DNA of 64,000 nt from IMG/VR virus record IMGVR_UViG_3300045988_088194. The stretch is one strand, 5' to 3'. The notes under the pieces were generated by a model. That model had not been told where the DNA came from. It saw nothing but the letters and a program-made list of their open reading frames with translations, and did no database searches. How positions within the stretch are numbered: position 1 is the stretch's first letter; every line of letters begins with the position of its first letter. Positions 31,001 to 40,298 of this stretch are shown here, one piece after another. A program made the translations under genes and the position numbers. Source of the DNA: a virus.

Positions 31001-33697
31001 TCCACTGAAGAAAGGAAGAGTAGGTGGCTGTTCTGGATAAGGAGTAGTGTTCTCCTTACTGAGATTATATGGAATGAAACTACTTTTAGAATCATCCTTG
31101 TCAGGGTTCATATAGAAGTTAGTTGTTCCAGCAGTAAGAGGAGAGTAACCTATAATTCTGAACTTGAAATCCTTAGAAAGAGAATTATAACTTCCAAATT
31201 CTATATCAGGGGAGTGGAATGTAATCAATGACTCATCAATGTAGAATCTATTTCCAAGACTTTGTCCATAGATAAGACCATTGTTTGACAGTATACCGTC
31301 AATCTGTACCTTTCCTCTCTGAAGTGGTCCAGTAGTTCTTTTATCACAGGCATTTCCCCAAAAGCTATGAGATGCTTCCCAATCTGCTTTAAGGGCCCTC
31401 TTCATTTCTTCAGTTGGTGATTGAGGAACATACTGTGCATACTTAGAATAACCTGCCCAGAGTGTTGGAATAAGGTCTTTAGTATAAGACCTACTAAATT
31501 CTTGCCATACTTTAGGAAACCCTGAGGTTGCATAAGCTTCTCTCCAAGATGAACCAACTTCAAATGTAGCCTCTGGTATCATATGCTCATCATCATTGAC
31601 ATCTGGACTTCCCTCAGAGTTAAAAAATTCAAATCTGACTTTAGCCTCAGCTCCAGTAACACCAAATAGACCAGCACAGTTGTCCTTGTAAAATGTAAAT
31701 ATGGACCATCTGACCCATACTGGTATAGTACTGGTGTCTATATCTTTCTTAGAGAAGTATGGAGGTTTTATATCTTCAGTATCACTCCCCTTGACATTCT
31801 GTAACTCTGCCAAAGTGCTCTTGTTTCCAGGTATCTGTGAGAAGTTAGTATTTGTAATATTATCACTATTCTTAGGTCTAAAGAACCATGATGACATTGC
31901 ATAAGGGGAGTTGAGAGCTCTCTGTGTTACATTGAACACAGTTGGGCTTACAAATCCCTGTGCTATAATTGACCTGTCAGATTCTGACATTACAGCCCTC
32001 ACAAGGATAGCCCTCTTATAAGGAGTGTGTTCAACTATAAAGGAAGATATTTCAGGAGGTAAAGTACATTTGGCAATAGCCTTATAAGTCCTCACAGAAC
32101 CTGTTTTAGGATACAAGGTATTTACCTTGTCCCCAATCCAATATACTGAACTTCTCCTTCCTGTATTGGTAAGGAACACCAGACCAAATCTGTACTTTTC
32201 TCCTCCCTTGAAGAACAGGAACTTATCTGAGCTTAAGTCTAACTGTTGGTCCTTATAATAGATTGACCCAAGACTGTTATTCTGAAATACATAATCATCA
32301 GATTCTGGATAGACAAATTCTATCATAGAACTCTCACCTGTTGATTCCCCTTCTGAATCTTTCTTTATAGTAGCATCTATGAGGTTCTTCAAATCCTCAT
32401 TGATAGAGTCTGTCTGAAGTTCTATGTTCCCTATGAACAGTGTATTGTCCTTTTGGGCAATGGTTCCAGCATGAATCTCAGTACCTCCAATATACAGAAG
32501 GGTTGTTGGGTCTATCTGAACATTATATGCTCCAGTGTCTGTATATGTAACTTCAGTAGATATTGGCAATGTAGCTACCTTGTTACAAGTTATGGTACTT
32601 GAAGTAACAAGTGAATAGATATTTATGTTATTAAATCTACTGTCCAGGTTCTTCAGGCTAATTTTGAAAGCACATGAAGAAGTTGAATCAGCAGGTGTAG
32701 CACTATCCTGACTACTAAGATTGTAGATGAAACTTTTCCCTATAATGTTAGTCTCTTGCCCAAAATCATTTGAGTAGGTAAAGTAATACTGTATGGTGCC
32801 ACTCCCAAATAAGGCAGTGCCAAGGAAAACTTTATCTACCTGTATTTCAAGGTCTGAACTAAACTCTGTAACAAAATCAAACTGACTTGGATTATCACTG
32901 CTATAGTCAAGTTTCTTTATATTGATAAATCTTGGCTGGTTAATTCCATCTACCCAATATACTTTTTGAATAGCTTCTGTTTCATAATTGGCAAGAGTTT
33001 CTATTGGATGTTTAGAATCAAATCCCAAGTTTCCATCAAACAATGATAAACCTCTCCAATTCTCTTCATCACTATGCTCTATTCTATAAATATGGTCTAT
33101 TTTTGTATCCTCTTCATGAGTAAATAGAACCATATAATTATTTAGTACACTATGCCCTATTAAAGTTCCCTTTAAAGTTATTGGAGTTTCAGTTGGAAAA
33201 TCTTTGCTCTCATATAAAAGGTCATCATCATTATTATCATGATAAATAATATTTATAGGATGATAGGTATAATTTTCCAATATATATCCAAAGTCTGCTT
33301 TTAAATACTCTACCTCTGAAATAGGATTAATTAAAGGATTCCCATCTTTAAATCTCCATTTTCCTGAACTGTAAGTATAAGTCATACTTCCAGTTTCACC
33401 TGACTTAAGTTTCCAAAGAAAAGTTAAAGAATGAGTATAATTTTCAATTTTAGAATCTACCTCTAAATCTCCATCAGCATAATAATCTATTGTATAAGCA
33501 GTACTTTTAATAAAAGGTTGCCCCTTAAGCTTTATTTCTTTATTACCTCTTTCATTTGTAACAGAAAGAAGGGTATCATGGTCTCTGGCTATTATTCTGA
33601 CATTAAAGTTCTCATAAGCAAACTCATTATTTGCTTTGCTTATTGAGAGGTCCCTTGTCATTCCTTTATTTTGAAATGATGCAATCTTCTGTTCCAT
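28040..33697 (-). CDS. very large tail structural protein (hypothetical)
   Basis: 1885-aa beta-rich ORF in the tail part of the late operon. Confidence 0.55.
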   Translation of the reverse strand: MEQKIASFQNKGMTRDLSISKANNEFAYENFNVRIIARDHDTLLSVTNERGNKEIKLKGQPFIKSTAYTIDYYADGDLEVDSKIENYTHSLTFLWKLKSGETGSMTYTYSSGKWRFKDGNPLINPISEVEYLKADFGYILENYTYHPINIIYHDNNDDDLLYESKDFPTETPITLKGTLIGHSVLNNYMVLFTHEEDTKIDHIYRIEHSDEENWRGLSLFDGNLGFDSKHPIETLANYETEAIQKVYWVDGINQPRFINIKKLDYSSDNPSQFDFVTEFSSDLEIQVDKVFLGTALFGSGTIQYYFTYSNDFGQETNIIGKSFIYNLSSQDSATPADSTSSCAFKISLKNLDSRFNNINIYSLVTSSTITCNKVATLPISTEVTYTDTGAYNVQIDPTTLLYIGGTEIHAGTIAQKDNTLFIGNIELQTDSINEDLKNLIDATIKKDSEGESTGESSMIEFVYPESDDYVFQNNSLGSIYYKDQQLDLSSDKFLFFKGGEKYRFGLVFLTNTGRRSSVYWIGDKVNTLYPKTGSVRTYKAIAKCTLPPEISSFIVEHTPYKRAILVRAVMSESDRSIIAQGFVSPTVFNVTQRALNSPYAMSSWFFRPKNSDNITNTNFSQIPGNKSTLAELQNVKGSDTEDIKPPYFSKKDIDTSTIPVWVRWSIFTFYKDNCAGLFGVTGAEAKVRFEFFNSEGSPDVNDDEHMIPEATFEVGSSWREAYATSGFPKVWQEFSRSYTKDLIPTLWAGYSKYAQYVPQSPTEEMKRALKADWEASHSFWGNACDKRTTGPLQRGKVQIDGILSNNGLIYGQSLGNRFYIDESLITFHSPDIEFGSYNSLSKDFKFRIIGYSPLTAGTTNFYMNPDKDDSKSSFIPYNLSKENTTPYPEQPPTLPFFSGDAKHPTEDRDITSPYIIYPWHKSGALYKSGDTEKYILKNKILANLRYSLYTNFCWVNKFKKELDLNKTDEYNYYMKMSWEPKNGIESIGIADELTNNVSINIGGEKLYYNNYDFVLSSSSEENYPVYTTGLNGYTHSLDFISDPVNWAKIGVSTSPVNLSAKSKKNCVISFKNIGDEIVVLPSVNGETNSLELTNYYLPWKEYIEDFQMDDVLIMNTYPYYTPDNLIKSGTIYIIDLNSKSGSNAYESFKNDYDNSNKYPNTKAICFVEEASGSSVYHLGEKVEYKKNVAPGFNITVAPVLEEGAITGYTVSVTPGSETGTYNLSYVDSGGTEVKSDQIIGSITVTKEDADTYSFRVKSTYSPLFAGYSPSRENQSSLFKLSNTTTLTVSDINKGVSIKTDTKLRTGLGEVVYMKNYLGVSYTYSRPAMVLDEVLLNKIVVSPDNLSIPLDTYGNDGKVDISSFDTSIIFVGELYRDIQDYSTSDFRYGGIEEDALKKNIFVDCGVVTDITQTNLLYGVEGDSYYQRYDVLKTMPYAENKENSIIEIFSGMVESRINLNGKTDKNMFTSDYTLINTKTFNSINELYTRQDSFNTSAVIDSSSTDSLYPTQFTWTKTKTLGEQIDTWTNLTLASIESLDGDKGPLRAIRRFQNSLIAFQDKGIAEILFNSRTQIGTQQGVPIEIANSGKVDGKRYITDKAGCINKWSIVETKNGIYFIDNINSSLSLFTGTVKSLSDEKGFKDWIGRNNSTDLWNPADFNNFVAYWDRVNDDVYFLRGNEEEQQDVLCYNEMLGQFTSFFSYGKVPMMVNIQDKFVAFKEDNKGVNKLWIQGEGEFNNLFGNLQGYHMLYRITPDPYGDKTFSCLEYRADMFDMSDPDYNPYMPGEGKLTGDTFDTLEVWNEYQGNKISIGDSTSPLYSFNVRDKYPDVRRKFRIWRMDIPRDKKGPDNPYGLNRIRNPWIYLKLSKTPTLSNERMEFHDLAVRYFE

Positions 33698-33698
33698 A

Positions 33699-34448
33699 TT
33701 ATGGCTGTATAGTTAGATACTCCTTTGCTCCATTATTAACAAAGCCATGCCTATGCTCACTATCTCTTATAAGAAGAGTTCTCCAAGAGTTGAACAGAGA
33801 CTCAGCCTTATCAAGAGTAAGCCTGTTAAATTCAGTTTCACAGTCTCCGACTGCCCACGCATATTCCTGCTGGGCATTCTGTAGAATGGCAGGCTGTAGT
33901 TTCCCTAAATCAAACAGTATAGTAAACTGCTGTTTCTTGATATAGGCTTCAAGGGCTCTAAGGAAGGAAGGATTATCAGGTAATAAAGGATAACCTTCAC
34001 CATCAGTTGCTATGGCATTATAGGCTATTTCTATATCTGTATCCTTGGTTGAGGTATATATGACACTTCCTTGAATCTTGTATGTAAGGTCAGTCCCATA
34101 TCTTCCTACATCAGGTTTCTCCTTGCTCATATGAAATGAGTCAGTAGAATATCTGTAGGATATATGAGACCTGTGGTTAGGTTCTATGCCATCAACTTTC
34201 TTGGCTGTCCTTACCTGTATCATGGATACATAATCACAAGGCAGCATACATCTGTAATTCTCTACATGAAGTAAAGCAGTCTTCTCTTCAAAGAGAGAAG
34301 GAACTCCTACTATTTGAATGAAGTCCAAGGTGTATTCAAGTATAGTCTCAAATGGAACATCCCTTAATAAGGGATGCCTCATGACCCTTGAGGCTAAATT
34401 TTTAATTGACGTTGTCTTTTCCATCTTTATATTTCCATATAAAACCAA
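33699..34448 (-). CDS. virion structural protein (hypothetical)
   Basis: 249-aa ORF. The true start may be the second ATG at 34424. Its 5' end overlaps the 3' end of the homing-endonuclease gene. Confidence 0.5.
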   Translation of the reverse strand: MVLYGNIKMEKTTSIKNLASRVMRHPLLRDVPFETILEYTLDFIQIVGVPSLFEEKTALLHVENYRCMLPCDYVSMIQVRTAKKVDGIEPNHRSHISYRYSTDSFHMSKEKPDVGRYGTDLTYKIQGSVIYTSTKDTDIEIAYNAIATDGEGYPLLPDNPSFLRALEAYIKKQQFTILFDLGKLQPAILQNAQQEYAWAVGDCETEFNRLTLDKAESLFNSWRTLLIRDSEHRHGFVNNGAKEYLTIQP

Positions 34449-35190
34449 GAGTTTTATTTCTTTTGCCTTTACAGCATTCAGTTATATGAGAGGCAGCACT
34501 TTTTCCTTTTCCAAAGTAGTCAGCTGCCTTCATAGCAGAAGGGAATTCCTGTATAAATTCTCCGTTTAATGTATATTGTTCTACTGCAATCTCATGTGAT
34601 AATATTGCCTTCTTTACACTCTCTTTAGACCAGGGGGCTGACTTCCCAAGCTTAGACTCCCTCATCTTTTCAATGGATTCTGGCTTATGCTTTTTACCGT
34701 AAAAAGGGTGATTTTCTCCAGCTATTTTATGATTTCCATAGTTGGGATTACTCTTTCCTTTATATTTTTCTCTAAAGCATTCAGCTAATTTTCTTTTTGT
34801 CTCTTCTGACAGGTGTTTCCCCTTATTTGGAGAAGGCTTCCCTTTTAGAGAGTTGCTCAACTTCTTTCTTGTCTCCTCTGAAGCTTTATATCCGAGCATT
34901 CCATCTCCACCATCAGTGATATTATAAGAAATACCTAAACCTTTATAGTGCCTTATAAGGTCTATCTCCAGAGATTTAGCTACAAGTTCATCTAATTCAG
35001 TAAATAGAACTTCATGCTTTATATTATCCCATCCATACTTTAGTATGGCATTAAAGAAGGCTTTGCATAGTTTATAATTCCTTCCCTTATTCCATCTACA
35101 TTTTGGACTCTTGGAGGTGATTCCTATGTATACTTTACCTGAAGGGGATGTATGTCTATATAAACTCCAGCAGTTAGTTGTCTCCTCCAT
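34402..35190 (-). mobile_element. free-standing GIY-YIG homing endonuclease with NUMOD3 repeats
   Basis: GKVYIGITS...YGWDNIKHEVL GIY-YIG core. Three NUMOD3-like repeats: SEETRKKLSNSLKGK, SEETKRKLAE, KPESIEKMRESKLGK. Confidence 0.85.
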
Positions 35191-35731
35191 GCCTAATTCT
35201 ATATAACATAAGGGAATCTATTTCCCCATTCTTTATTTTATGCTTAAGTCCTTTCTTGATTTCCCTGTTAATATGAAATTGATAGAAAGATTTATTTGGA
35301 TAGTCCGCCCTATACTTATTATAGAAGACTTTGAATACTTCTTTAGTTTCCTGTCTTACAAGCCTCTTATCCTTATAAGACTGTTCATCCTCATACCACA
35401 GTTTTAGAGTAGCGTCCCAATCTACTGGAAGATTGGTCCTAAGTTTACCTTCCTTAAACTCTACTGTAGTCTGTCTCTTCCTAAGTTCCAACTTTCCCAT
35501 CTTCTCAGGCAATACAATCTCTTCTCCTTGTATAATAAGCTGCCTTAGAATATCATTGGTCTTTCTTATGATACTCAGAAACTTACATTCAGTGAGTACA
35601 TATTCAGACTCCTTTGGTCTTGTCTTTCTATAGTAGTGGAAGGCATCTTTCACTCCCCAGGAATTTCTTACTTTATGAACTCTCTTTCCTTTAGCCTTCT
35701 TAGCAGAAGACATAAACTCCCTTATATCCAT
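35174..35731 (-). CDS. basic hypothetical protein
   Basis: 185-aa Lys/Arg-rich ORF. Its start codon abuts the upstream gene. Confidence 0.45.
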   Translation of the reverse strand: MDIREFMSSAKKAKGKRVHKVRNSWGVKDAFHYYRKTRPKESEYVLTECKFLSIIRKTNDILRQLIIQGEEIVLPEKMGKLELRKRQTTVEFKEGKLRTNLPVDWDATLKLWYEDEQSYKDKRLVRQETKEVFKVFYNKYRADYPNKSFYQFHINREIKKGLKHKIKNGEIDSLMLYRIRHGGDN

Positions 35732-36432
35732 TACTTAGATTCTTTAGTAGTTCCCATTCCAGACATATTATCCTTACTGTCATTAGCTTGGTCAGTAGGA
35801 GCATATCTTGCTCCACTTAACTCCTGTACCATCATCTGTATAAGAGGTGATATGAGAGTATCCTCAAGAGGAAACTCAGAATCAAGTATGTCACAATTAC
35901 CTTCAGACTGAGCAGAACATGCAAGTGCTGCTACCTCCTGTGCATTCTGAAAGACTGCATCTACTCTAAGTTTCTTCAGGTAAAGGAACTGGGGGTTAGA
36001 AGACTTTAGATAAAGATAGTCATCTGGTCCTTTAGTAGCATATATAATGTTTGACAGCCATTTGTTATTTCCCACATAAGGCATTCTTTCAAGAGGTATA
36101 TAGGATATATGTTCTGAGGTGAAGTAATCTACTGGATATATATGCCTTATTCCTATATTCATTACTGATGGCATCTTTTTGGTACTCCTAAGATACACAC
36201 CAGCACATGATGTCCCTGGTATGGCAGGTACCTCTATAAGGTCAAAACATATCTCCTGATAATTACTTCTGGTAACTTCCCCTTTTCTTGCATCCCTATA
36301 CCTCCTATCAAGAAGGAGTGCCCTATAGTTATTTGCAAGAAAGATGAGATGTTCTGGTGTATAAGTGGCATCATTTGAGATAAGTTTTAACTCATCTAAA
36401 GCCATATATACTACTTCTCTATATGTTGCCAT
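35731..36432 (-). CDS. virion structural protein (hypothetical)
   Basis: 233-aa ORF preceded by a -7 box. Confidence 0.5.
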   Translation of the reverse strand: MATYREVVYMALDELKLISNDATYTPEHLIFLANNYRALLLDRRYRDARKGEVTRSNYQEICFDLIEVPAIPGTSCAGVYLRSTKKMPSVMNIGIRHIYPVDYFTSEHISYIPLERMPYVGNNKWLSNIIYATKGPDDYLYLKSSNPQFLYLKKLRVDAVFQNAQEVAALACSAQSEGNCDILDSEFPLEDTLISPLIQMMVQELSGARYAPTDQANDSKDNMSGMGTTKESK

Positions 36433-36467
36433 AATTCTACTTATATTAACTAAATTAGACTATTGCA

Positions 36468-36475
36468 CAAATGTA
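36468..36475 (-). promoter_or_regulatory. -7 box TACATTTG
   Basis: TAnnTTTG 36 nt upstream of ATG 36432. It lies within the 10-bp inverted repeat TAGACTATTG/CAATAGTCTA (36455-36464 / 36497-36506). Confidence 0.4.
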
Positions 36476-36531
36476 AGGAAAAATAGTCATTTATACAATA
36501 GTCTAATCAAATTTGTTTATGTCCTGTAAAC

Positions 36532-36921
36532 TTAATTATCCCAATAGTCTGTCTTATATTCAGTGGTTCTTATGTTGTCACCTGCCTCAACAAACCTAAG
36601 TAAGTCATTCTCTGTTGCCCTATATGGCTGCATTCCTCCAGGACCAGGAAGGATAGTGCCAAACTGTGGTATCTCCTCACAGAACTGTGGATAGGGAATA
36701 AGACAGTTACTGCCATATAGACAGTATAGGAAACTTGCCATTACACTGTAGTCTTCTTCAGTAACAAAAATATTGAAGTCTGTGTTAAGAAAAGTATCTA
36801 CAAGAAGTAATCCAAGTATCCCAGCAACTGTATCATACCTCATGTATCCAGTCTGTTCTAAATGAACAAAGTACTCCATAAGGGCATCAAGAGCCTGCTG
36901 AGTTGTCTTTGCTGCATACAT
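36532..36921 (-). CDS. hypothetical protein
   Basis: I chose ATG 36921 (MYAAK), 1 nt after the upstream TAA. The track version (to 37029) would overlap the upstream gene by 107 nt. Confidence 0.45.
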   Translation of the reverse strand: MYAAKTTQQALDALMEYFVHLEQTGYMRYDTVAGILGLLLVDTFLNTDFNIFVTEEDYSVMASFLYCLYGSNCLIPYPQFCEEIPQFGTILPGPGGMQPYRATENDLLRFVEAGDNIRTTEYKTDYWDN

Positions 36922-36922
36922 A

Positions 36923-37480
36923 TTAATTACATCCACAAGGAGGGTTAAACTTTGCCCCATCTTCAGCAAACCACTTCTTGAATCTATCATTGGCAAGCTG
37001 ATATTGAGCAGTTCTAAGTGCAAGTTCAAATGCCTTGAACCTCAGTATATAGTCTATAAAATCCTTAGGCATCCCACAGCATCCATTTACTACCTTTCTC
37101 ATATGGTCCATACCCTGCTGATATATGGACTGCCAGTTAAGAGCAACCCCTAATGTATATTCAGTATCCATAGTACATGGAGTATCTGCTGAAGGAGTTC
37201 CTGCTACAGTAACATATACATAGAATATATGTCCATTTAATGAGGCAAACTTAAATCTGTCTGGTGTAATATTTATACTATGTTCCTTGACTGTTGTATC
37301 TTGATTTTCATAAACTACAACTGCATTAGAACTTGGTTTTCCTGTAGAGAAGGTATCTTCAGTATCAATGCTTATTGAGGATATATACATATCCTTGAAG
37401 TATCCATAAGGGGCTACCATAGCATCTATAAGAAGATTCTCTCCATCAGGAGTAATTCTTAAATCATTAAAGACTATCAT
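36923..37480 (-). CDS. virion structural protein (hypothetical)
   Basis: 185-aa ORF in the head-tail region. Confidence 0.5.
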   Translation of the reverse strand: MIVFNDLRITPDGENLLIDAMVAPYGYFKDMYISSISIDTEDTFSTGKPSSNAVVVYENQDTTVKEHSINITPDRFKFASLNGHIFYVYVTVAGTPSADTPCTMDTEYTLGVALNWQSIYQQGMDHMRKVVNGCCGMPKDFIDYILRFKAFELALRTAQYQLANDRFKKWFAEDGAKFNPPCGCN

Positions 37481-37534
37481 ACTAATTCAGTTGAAAGTAA
37501 ATAAAAAAAAGGGACCTAAACAGGTCCCTTTAGC

Positions 37535-38548
37535 TTATGAAAGTTCCTGGAGGAACATACTTGGCTCACCAGGGACAAGAGTCTTAATTGCTGCAATAAC
37601 AGCATTAATGTTTGAGTAGTCCTTCTCTCCTGGTCTTGGAACTACAATCTGGATGTCCTTCTCAGACTTCTGTACTGAAATTCCATCACCCTGATAGAAG
37701 TAATGGATGTTGATAATATCATACATCTTAGATGGGTCAACCAGATACTTGGTTGGAATAACATTAGGCCATCCCATATTTCTGTACTGGTCTCCTCTCT
37801 CACCCATGCAGAAGTACTCAAGGTCTGCAATGAGCTGTCCTTCAGGAAGAACTGCCTTAGTGTCATAGGATTCAACCTCTCCCCAGATTCTCTGGTCTCC
37901 ATCTACAAGAACAGTAGTTGGCTGAACTGAGAAAGGAATTACTGCCTGAGGCATTGTACCAAGATGCCAAGGCTGAACTGCTTCAGCAATCCTGAGTGCT
38001 GTATAGGTTCCTGTAAGACTCTTTGGGTCTACACCCTCTTCTACCTTAGTCTCTGTAGCACCATCATAGAGATAGATGTTTACAAGAGCTGTAACATCCT
38101 TAGAGATGTTAGCTGCAAGAGAAAGAGCCATCTCTTTATAGAAGTCTGAAGCCTTAAGTCCAGGGAATACATGAACCATACCATACTTGAAGTACTGGTC
38201 TGCTTCTGACATACCAATATACTCTCTGAATGCAAGTCTAAGCAGATAATCCTGCCCAGCTACTGGCTGACCACCATTTATATTAGGGTCAAGAGTAAGA
38301 GTATATCCCTTGAGCTTAGTAGCCATATCTTCAGCTCTGGTTGCTCTAAGATTGGTGATATTCTCAATCTTGATAAGGTCACTTCTCATCTTATCAAGAA
38401 GTGCTCCCATATACTGGAAATATATAGCATCACCTTCATTTGTCTTTGCTACAGTGATATCTCCAGCATCCTTAAGAGCTGCAAGGTTCTCTTTATAGGC
38501 ATTAGCAACATAAAGCTGCCTTACCTGATGCACTGAAAAAGCTGCCAT
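37535..38548 (-). CDS. virion structural protein (hypothetical)
   Basis: 337-aa ORF whose codon bias resembles that of the capsid gene. Confidence 0.5.
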   Translation of the reverse strand: MAAFSVHQVRQLYVANAYKENLAALKDAGDITVAKTNEGDAIYFQYMGALLDKMRSDLIKIENITNLRATRAEDMATKLKGYTLTLDPNINGGQPVAGQDYLLRLAFREYIGMSEADQYFKYGMVHVFPGLKASDFYKEMALSLAANISKDVTALVNIYLYDGATETKVEEGVDPKSLTGTYTALRIAEAVQPWHLGTMPQAVIPFSVQPTTVLVDGDQRIWGEVESYDTKAVLPEGQLIADLEYFCMGERGDQYRNMGWPNVIPTKYLVDPSKMYDIINIHYFYQGDGISVQKSEKDIQIVVPRPGEKDYSNINAVIAAIKTLVPGEPSMFLQELS

Positions 38549-38578
38549 AAATTATTGTTTGTTAAAAATATTTGTAAA

Positions 38579-39253
38579 CTATTGTTGTGAGCCCCAGACA
38601 GACTTTGCAATACTTACTGCCCTGCTGAGGATTGCTCTATGAATTGCTGAACTTAATTTACAAGTTTGAGCTGTACTTATATCATTAATAGTCAGACCTT
38701 CTGATAAATTTTCAAGTATTATAGGTTCTGGTTTTGAAAGATATCTTATTGTATAAGATATAATAGGATATTTACTTATTAATTCAACTTTATTGGTTCC
38801 ACAGTCCAATCTTAATATCCTTCTTTCATTAGGTCCTCTAAATGGGCTATTCTTAGTTCTATATAAAGTGTCTTGTGTTACTGGAACTACATCCACTTCT
38901 CTTTCTGTAGAACTTCCACATTTAAGGGAATTATCCTTTATTATTGCCTTTTCTCCTGTCTTAAACCAAATGTCTGCATCTATATTAAAGAATACTGACC
39001 TTGAATCCAATCCATTACCTTCTACTTTAGTTGTATAAGTAACTTGCTTAACCAAAGGACTTAAATAATCAGTGACTTCTTCAGTACTTTCAAAAGGACT
39101 TCCAAGTTTTCCTGAATAAATATCAAGAACCAGAGCTTCTTGTGCTTGGGTTAAGAACAAGCTTTTCTCATATTCTGACAGTCCTGGGGCTTGGTTTGAC
39201 ATTATGTTGTTGTACATAAGGTCAAATTCCAGTGAAAACTCTTGTGTTGTCAT
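38579..39253 (-). CDS. virion structural protein (hypothetical)
   Basis: 224-aa ORF, tightly packed with its neighbours. Confidence 0.5.
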   Translation of the reverse strand: MTTQEFSLEFDLMYNNIMSNQAPGLSEYEKSLFLTQAQEALVLDIYSGKLGSPFESTEEVTDYLSPLVKQVTYTTKVEGNGLDSRSVFFNIDADIWFKTGEKAIIKDNSLKCGSSTEREVDVVPVTQDTLYRTKNSPFRGPNERRILRLDCGTNKVELISKYPIISYTIRYLSKPEPIILENLSEGLTINDISTAQTCKLSSAIHRAILSRAVSIAKSVWGSQQ

Positions 39254-39254
39254 A

Positions 39255-40244
39255 TTATTTTACCTTTGCTTCAATTGAAAGTTTAAGCTCCTGATTCTTA
39301 GGAAGATTAAGATATCTTGCAGCTACATTCAGAGTAGGGTCCTCATTATGGTCACACAGTGGTGAGTTGTCACTTCTGAGGTATAATTGGTCACCTCTCT
39401 TTGATATTACTCCTGCTTCAATAGCCTTACTGATAAGCACCTTAGTACTAAGGAGTGGGTCAGTGATTATCTTGAGGAACAACTTAGAATCAGCCTGAAT
39501 AAGGTTATTAATCTTGCCCTGAAGGAACTCAAGTTTTGAATTAGAGGCTACAGGTCTACCATCTATAAGTTCAATAATACACTTAAGAGTGTCTCTGTCA
39601 TCTTTAATTCTACCATATTCCATGTAGCACTTCATGGTAGCTGACATCCTTTCACTCTCCTGACTTTCCTGCTCACCCTCCTTAATCATTACAAACTGGT
39701 ATGTAGCCTTTGGCTTGTCCTGTAATGTCTCAAGAGAGTCTGCAATAAAGTTAGAGTTAGCCTTAAGAACTTTGTACTTGATATAATCATCTGGTACTGA
39801 AAGGTCAAGATAATTGTCTTGCTTTGTCAGTCTGACCTGATAGTTATCCCAGTAATTATTCTCCTTCTTATAGATAGAGAGAGCATTATATTCAAGCCCC
39901 ATAACCTCCTCAAGGAATGCCTTCTCATCATCTGTAAGTACATTCTTATATGCACCAGAAGACTCAAGGATAGGAACTGTAAAGTATCTTACTGCACTTT
40001 CAGCCATACCTCCATAGAGGATGTGCTTAGGGTTAGTAACAAGACCTCCCTCCTTAGGGACATGCCTGATAATTATTCTCTCATTTCTTAGGCAAGATTC
40101 AACCACTCTACTTGATTTTGGCTTCTTCTCACCCTCTATTCTTGCAGGTGGTTCATTACCTTCCATAGAACTAACTTCATGTACTGAAATTGGGCTATCA
40201 TCTATAGCTCCAAAATCAATAGACTCTTCCATTTTCTTTGCCAT
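39255..40244 (-). CDS. virion structural protein (hypothetical)
   Basis: 329-aa ORF immediately downstream of the capsid gene. Confidence 0.5.
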   Translation of the reverse strand: MAKKMEESIDFGAIDDSPISVHEVSSMEGNEPPARIEGEKKPKSSRVVESCLRNERIIIRHVPKEGGLVTNPKHILYGGMAESAVRYFTVPILESSGAYKNVLTDDEKAFLEEVMGLEYNALSIYKKENNYWDNYQVRLTKQDNYLDLSVPDDYIKYKVLKANSNFIADSLETLQDKPKATYQFVMIKEGEQESQESERMSATMKCYMEYGRIKDDRDTLKCIIELIDGRPVASNSKLEFLQGKINNLIQADSKLFLKIITDPLLSTKVLISKAIEAGVISKRGDQLYLRSDNSPLCDHNEDPTLNVAARYLNLPKNQELKLSIEAKVK

Positions 40245-40298
40245 TATTTATCTCCCTTTAAAAATAAAGGGATAGGGTACTACCCTACCCCTTATGAT

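Noticed and set aside
36922-37029. N-terminal extension of the 165-aa track ORF overlapping the upstream gene by 107 nt
   Set aside because: An ATG 1 nt after the upstream stop (36921) gives the compact, coupled arrangement seen throughout this operon.
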